Below, piece after piece: positions 60,384 to 64,000 of a stretch of DNA of 64,000 nt. Position 1 is the first letter of the stretch; each line of letters opens with the position of its first letter. Where the stretch lies: contig VBCA01000036.1 of the NCBI GenBank assembly GCA_005881575.1, forward strand, positions 1,710 to 65,709, in the 5' to 3' direction. Position numbers and translations under genes: made by a program. A model generated the notes under the pieces. The model was not told the origin of the DNA. It was given only the letters and a program-made list of their open reading frames with translations, and made no database searches. This stretch comes from Betaproteobacteria bacterium (GTDB lineage Bacteria > Pseudomonadota > Gammaproteobacteria > Burkholderiales > SG8-39).

Positions 60384-61403
60384 CTACTGGAACAGGATCG
60401 CGCGCAAGCGCTCCAGGATCTCCGGTGACTGCACTTCGCCGGGAGGGCTGCGCAACGTCGAAACAAAAAGCTGGAAGAAATTGTCCGCGAGAATCTCCTC
60501 GGGATGGGCCAGGTACTGCGTATTGCGGCCGATCTGCTCGAACAGGCCCTGCAGTTGCTGCGGCGCGACCTCCTCCGCTTCCGCCGCCGATCCCGTGCGC
60601 ACCCGGCAATCGGCTCGCTCCCGGTCGACGAGCAGCCAGGCGATCCGCGCGTTGCCGAGAAAGCCTGATCGCGTATCGAACTTGTCCGATTTGAAGCGGA
60701 GGAAAGGCATCGCCTCCACGCCCTCGCCCCGGTAGCGGACCGCGATGGTATGGCGGTTCTCGACCGCGTCAGGATTTGTGATTCGCATCCTGGAGACCGA
60801 TTCCGGGATCTCGATGCGCTCGCATCGACGGAATCCGATGGCGCCGTACAGGCGCTCTTTCAGAGCACCGTCTTCGCGGGTCAGCACGTGGAAGGTCTCA
60901 TGGGACACCACATAGGTAAGTTGATCCGCGGTGCCGGTGAACTCGTTTTTCGGCAGCATGATGCCGTTGGCGCGGGTGTGGGGCGCACCGCTCTCGAGAG
61001 CCGCGTCCACCCGGACGAGCAGGATCTTCCCGGGGCGCTTCCACTTGATGCCCGAGAGAAATCGGTCCAGGCGCGCGATCAGCGGCCGCAGCTGCCGTCG
61101 CTCCTCTTCGGTCCAAACCAGGACCGTACCCTGCATGAACTCCAGGAACCGGCCCTCATCCACCTTGTCGCCGGTCCTGAGCTGGGCCGAGCGCTCGAGC
61201 GCGCTCATGGTCCGAACGTACTCGTCCCGGGTGCTGAGGATCGCGCGGCCTTCGGCGGGCGTTGCGAACGCGTATGCCGAGCCGGCGGGATCGTTTGCGG
61301 ATTGCGCAAAGCCGCCATGCGTGGCGCCGCCGACACCCAGGAAGAGAATCAGGAAACGGAGCGCCCTGGTCGCGCTCCTGCCGTTACTTCGTCGGCCCCG
61401 CAT
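60384..61403 (-). CDS. Secreted hypothetical protein with an HExxH motif (putative zinc-metallopeptidase-like)
   Basis: The Arg-rich N-region plus hydrophobic core (RALRFLILFLGVGGATHGGFA) suggests export. There is a VVSHETFHVL motif and a later AHPEEILAD. No family is recognised by eye. Confidence 0.6.
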   Translation of the reverse strand: MRGRRSNGRSATRALRFLILFLGVGGATHGGFAQSANDPAGSAYAFATPAEGRAILSTRDEYVRTMSALERSAQLRTGDKVDEGRFLEFMQGTVLVWTEEERRQLRPLIARLDRFLSGIKWKRPGKILLVRVDAALESGAPHTRANGIMLPKNEFTGTADQLTYVVSHETFHVLTREDGALKERLYGAIGFRRCERIEIPESVSRMRITNPDAVENRHTIAVRYRGEGVEAMPFLRFKSDKFDTRSGFLGNARIAWLLVDRERADCRVRTGSAAEAEEVAPQQLQGLFEQIGRNTQYLAHPEEILADNFFQLFVSTLRSPPGEVQSPEILERLRAILFQ

Positions 61404-61854
61404 GAATGTTGTCCACCCAGTGCACCTCCTCCGGCTTCTCGACCACCGGAATATCGAGGTTCACCACCACGGGCTCCTGGCCGCTCCGCACGAGGACGCA
61501 TGAGAGCGGCTGATCGTCGCTCGCGTTGATTTCCTGGTGCGGGACGTAGGGCGGCACGTAGATGAAGTCGCCCGGCCCCGCTTCGGCGACGAATTCGAGC
61601 TTGTCGCCCCAGCGCATGCGCGCGCGGCCCGAGACGACGTAGATCACGCTCTCGACCGGCCCGTGGTGGTGGGCGCCGGTCTTCGCCTTGGGATGGATCA
61701 CGACCGTCCCGGCCCAGAGCTTCTCCGCGCCGGCGCGAGCGTTGGTGATCGCCGCGGCGCGGTTCATGCCGGGCGTCTGCGCCGTGTTGATGTCGAGCTC
61801 GTTCGCGCGCACGACGCGAACGCCGTGGTGCTTCCATTTCGATTCGGCGTTCAT
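61384..61854 (-). CDS. Cupin-domain protein
   Basis: 156 aa from ATG 61854 (ATG 61884 is an alternative start). Cupin motifs are GAHHHGPVESVIYVVSG and GDFIYVPPYVPHQE. Its 3' end overlaps the downstream gene start by 20 nt. Confidence 0.8.
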   Translation of the reverse strand: MNAESKWKHHGVRVVRANELDINTAQTPGMNRAAAITNARAGAEKLWAGTVVIHPKAKTGAHHHGPVESVIYVVSGRARMRWGDKLEFVAEAGPGDFIYVPPYVPHQEINASDDQPLSCVLVRSGQEPVVVNLDIPVVEKPEEVHWVDNIHAGPTK

Positions 61855-61972
61855 GTCCGGTCTGCTTGCGACCCTCGATTCCATGTGTTCCGCGAGGCCG
61901 GGAGAAGGAAATTCGCTTGTCCGCCTCGAGTTCAGCGTAGTATGTGTCATCTTGTCCTTCAAGGCGGCATTC

Positions 61973-62233
61973 ATGGCTTCCCCTACGCAGCCCGCAGCGA
62001 ACCCCGGCACCCAGGACCTGGCGTCGCGGATTTATGTCGAATTGGTCGGCCGGGCTTTCCTCAGGGCCGACAACACCGCGGTGATCAAACCCGACCCGGC
62101 CGAGCTCGCAAAGTTGAGCCTCCAGCTCGCCGAGATCTTCCGCAAGGCGGAGAAGGCGGCCGGCGCGTCCGCGGGGCCGCAGAACGTCGGGTACAACGTC
62201 GAGCTCGCCGACATGGCCAAGTGGCACAAGTAG
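61973..62233 (+). CDS. Small hypothetical protein (86 aa)
   Basis: ATG 61973, high GC3, predicted helical (DPAELAKLSLQLAEIFRKAEKAA). No recognisable motif. Confidence 0.5.
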   Translation: MASPTQPAANPGTQDLASRIYVELVGRAFLRADNTAVIKPDPAELAKLSLQLAEIFRKAEKAAGASAGPQNVGYNVELADMAKWHK

Positions 62234-62243
62234 GGAATCGGCC

Positions 62244-62528
62244 ATGACGAGCCCATCCTTGCGCGAGAGCGTGCTCGCCTTCATGACGTCCAACCCCACC
62301 GCGTGGCGCATCAAGGCCGTCGCGGCGAAGCTCGGCGTCGGCGTGCAACGCATGGGGTTCGAGCTCTCGCAGCTCAATGCCGAGGGCAAGCTCGTTTCCT
62401 GTACGGTCAAGGCTCCCGGCCGGCAGCCCGAGGAGGAGTATCGCATCGCCGCGACCGAGCAGAGGGTGGACCCGCACCACTTCGTCATCAGCAGGAAAAC
62501 CAACGTGCGCCTGCGCGGCGCCGGCTGA
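62244..62528 (+). CDS. Small hypothetical protein (94 aa), possibly winged-helix-like
   Basis: It starts 10 nt after the previous ORF and has high GC3. The pattern helix-turn-helix plus beta-hairpin (AVAAKLGVGVQRMGFELSQLNAEGKLVSC) suggests a wHTH. This assignment is an inference. Confidence 0.5.
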   Translation: MTSPSLRESVLAFMTSNPTAWRIKAVAAKLGVGVQRMGFELSQLNAEGKLVSCTVKAPGRQPEEEYRIAATEQRVDPHHFVISRKTNVRLRGAG

Positions 62529-62541
62529 AAGGGAATCTTCT

Positions 62542-62943
62542 CTAGCCCGCGGGCGTGCCGACGATGCCGTGCGAGAGGTCCTTCACGGTGAAGAACACCA
62601 AATCTTCTTCGGGAAGCGCCTCGACCGAGTGCACGACGTTGGGGGGAGCGTAGATCAGTGTCCCGGGTGAGGCGAGCGTCTCCGGCTGGCCGCCCACCGA
62701 GACGCGCGCCCTGCCCTTGAGCACGTAGGTCCATTGCTCGTTCGGGTGCGAATGCGGGCGGGAGCGGGTGCCGCGCTTGATGGTGATCAGTCCGACCTGC
62801 ATGCGCTCGCCCTCGACCACCGGCCCTTCGGCGGTGGAGTAGCCCTCGCCGACGGGCATCCGAGCGAGCTCGGCGAAGTCGAAAAGAAAGCGGCCGTGGC
62901 CCGCTTTGGTCGCTCCACGGTTCCGTGTCTGTTGCGTGCTCAT
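62542..62943 (-). CDS. Cupin-domain protein
   Basis: ATG 62943 behind GGAGGG. Cupin motifs are GTRSRPHSHPNEQWTYVLKG and GTLIYAPPNVVHS. Confidence 0.8.
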   Translation of the reverse strand: MSTQQTRNRGATKAGHGRFLFDFAELARMPVGEGYSTAEGPVVEGERMQVGLITIKRGTRSRPHSHPNEQWTYVLKGRARVSVGGQPETLASPGTLIYAPPNVVHSVEALPEEDLVFFTVKDLSHGIVGTPAG

Positions 62944-63076
62944 TTCAGTCCCTCCGTAAAATCGATCGCGCTCGTGCGCCGTGGAGAACATTGTATGCCC
63001 GAGCCGGAATAAGCCGTATGCTTGCGCCGGTCGCCGTTGAACGAGAGCCGATGGGTCGGCCCGAGGAGAACAGCCG

Positions 63077-64000
63077 ATGAGGAGTCCAATCGCAGTACTC
63101 GCGCTCGCCGCGATCCAATGCCTTTTGCCCGGCGCGGCCCTGGCGCAATCCTACCCGGCCAAGCCCGTGCGCTTGATCGTCGGGTTTCCGGCCGGCGGCC
63201 CGGCGGATATTTTCGGGCGAACCTTCGCTCAAAGCTTGAGCGCCGGCCTTGGCCAGACGGTCATCGTCGAGAACAAGAGCGGGGTGGGCGGCGTGCTCGG
63301 CATCGACGCGGTGGCGAAGGCCTCGCCCGACGGCTACATCCTCGGATTCAACAACCAGGGTTCGGTGTCGATGGCGCCGTACGCCCTCACCAAGATGCCC
63401 TTCAACCCGAACAGGGATCTCGCGCTCATCACCACGGTGGTGAAGGTCCCCGAGGTCGTGGTGGTGAATTCATCGCTCCCGGTGGGGAGCCTCGCCGAGC
63501 TGATCGCCTACGCCAAGGCGAATCCCGGCAAGATTAACTTCGGCTCCGCCGGCGCGGGAGGCATCACCCATCTCGCCTGCGAGCTGCTGAAGGCCGAGGC
63601 GCGCGTCGATCTGCTGCACGTGCCCTACAAGGGTGCTGCGCCCGCGGTGAGCGATCTGCTGGGCGGGCAGGTCAACATGGGGATCTTCGATATTCCGGTG
63701 GTGCTTCCGCACATCCAGTCGGGCAAGTTCAAGGCGCTTGCAGTGACGAGCGCGAGGCGTGCGCCGTCGTTGCCCGATGTCCCGACCACCGCCGAGGTGG
63801 GTTACCCGAGGGTGATCTCCGACAACTGGTACGGGCTGGTGGCGCCGGCGGCGACCCCGCGCGCCGTCCTCAAGCGCATCCACGACGCGGCGGTCGCGGC
63901 GCTGCGCTCCCCCGCGCTCCTCGATCAGTTCGCCAAAGTGAGCGGGATCGCCGTCCCGTCGACGCCGGAAGAGTACGCGGCCTTCCTTGCCGAGGAGCAG
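63077..64000 (+). CDS. Bug/TctC-family substrate-binding protein (3' end outside the window; absent from the ORF track because no stop is reached)
   Basis: ATG 63077 behind GAGGAG. My hand translation gives MRSPIAVLALAAIQCLLPGAALAQSYPAKPVRLIVGFPAGGPADI..ENKSGVGG..SPDGY..VPYKGAAP. Confidence 0.88.
   Translation, partial: MRSPIAVLALAAIQCLLPGAALAQSYPAKPVRLIVGFPAGGPADIFGRTFAQSLSAGLGQTVIVENKSGVGGVLGIDAVAKASPDGYILGFNNQGSVSMAPYALTKMPFNPNRDLALITTVVKVPEVVVVNSSLPVGSLAELIAYAKANPGKINFGSAGAGGITHLACELLKAEARVDLLHVPYKGAAPAVSDLLGGQVNMGIFDIPVVLPHIQSGKFKALAVTSARRAPSLPDVPTTAEVGYPRVISDNWYGLVAPAATPRAVLKRIHDAAVAALRSPALLDQFAKVSGIAVPSTPEEYAAFLAEEQ

Overview
This is a dense, high-GC bacterial chromosomal segment with about 65 protein-coding genes on both strands. 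I found no rRNA, tRNA, CRISPR array, transposase or integrase. Many gene junctions are 4-nt ATGA/GTGA overlaps, and long antisense shadow ORFs are common, as expected for high-GC DNA. There are six Bug/TctC-type periplasmic binding proteins and no TctA/TctB partners, which suggests a Burkholderiales-like betaproteobacterium (inference only). Recognisable content falls into four groups. Translation factors: ettA, a second ABC-F ATPase and arfB. Transport: a CPA1 Na+/H+ antiporter and three MFS transporters. Accessory catabolic enzymes: quinone oxidoreductase, MetE-like protein, class II aldolase, molybdo-hydroxylase large subunit, SDR, TauD-like dioxygenase, 3-hydroxybenzoate-6-hydroxylase-like FAD monooxygenase, LLM monooxygenase, amidohydrolase_2, amidase, formamidase-like protein, dienelactone hydrolase, isochorismatase-like hydrolase and cupins. 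Signalling: kinases, CheY-like regulators, a CHASE-GGDEF cyclase and a YcgR/PilZ protein. Two stretches look lower in GC by eye (about 8.2-11.8 kb and 33.7-38.1 kb). Both encode lipoproteins or secreted proteins built from PKD/Ig-like, Kelch-propeller and right-handed beta-helix modules. The second stretch is my best candidate for an undescribed system. It has a divergent sigma-54 activator, a near-consensus -24/-12 promoter with an upstream inverted repeat, an Ig-like/Kelch lipoprotein, a LuxR regulator with a degenerate (non-phosphorylatable) receiver, and a secreted beta-helix protein. Other notable items are a Fe/Mn-SOD-like::rhodanese fusion in a TauD-TctC operon, an in-frame TGA separating a TonB_C-like ORF from a start-less 3-TM ORF, a CheY-like gene with no canonical start codon, a perfect 26-bp palindrome in a divergent promoter region, and a cytoplasmic REC-histidine kinase translationally coupled to a periplasmic Bug protein. 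All domain calls come from reading the translations by eye. No database search was run.
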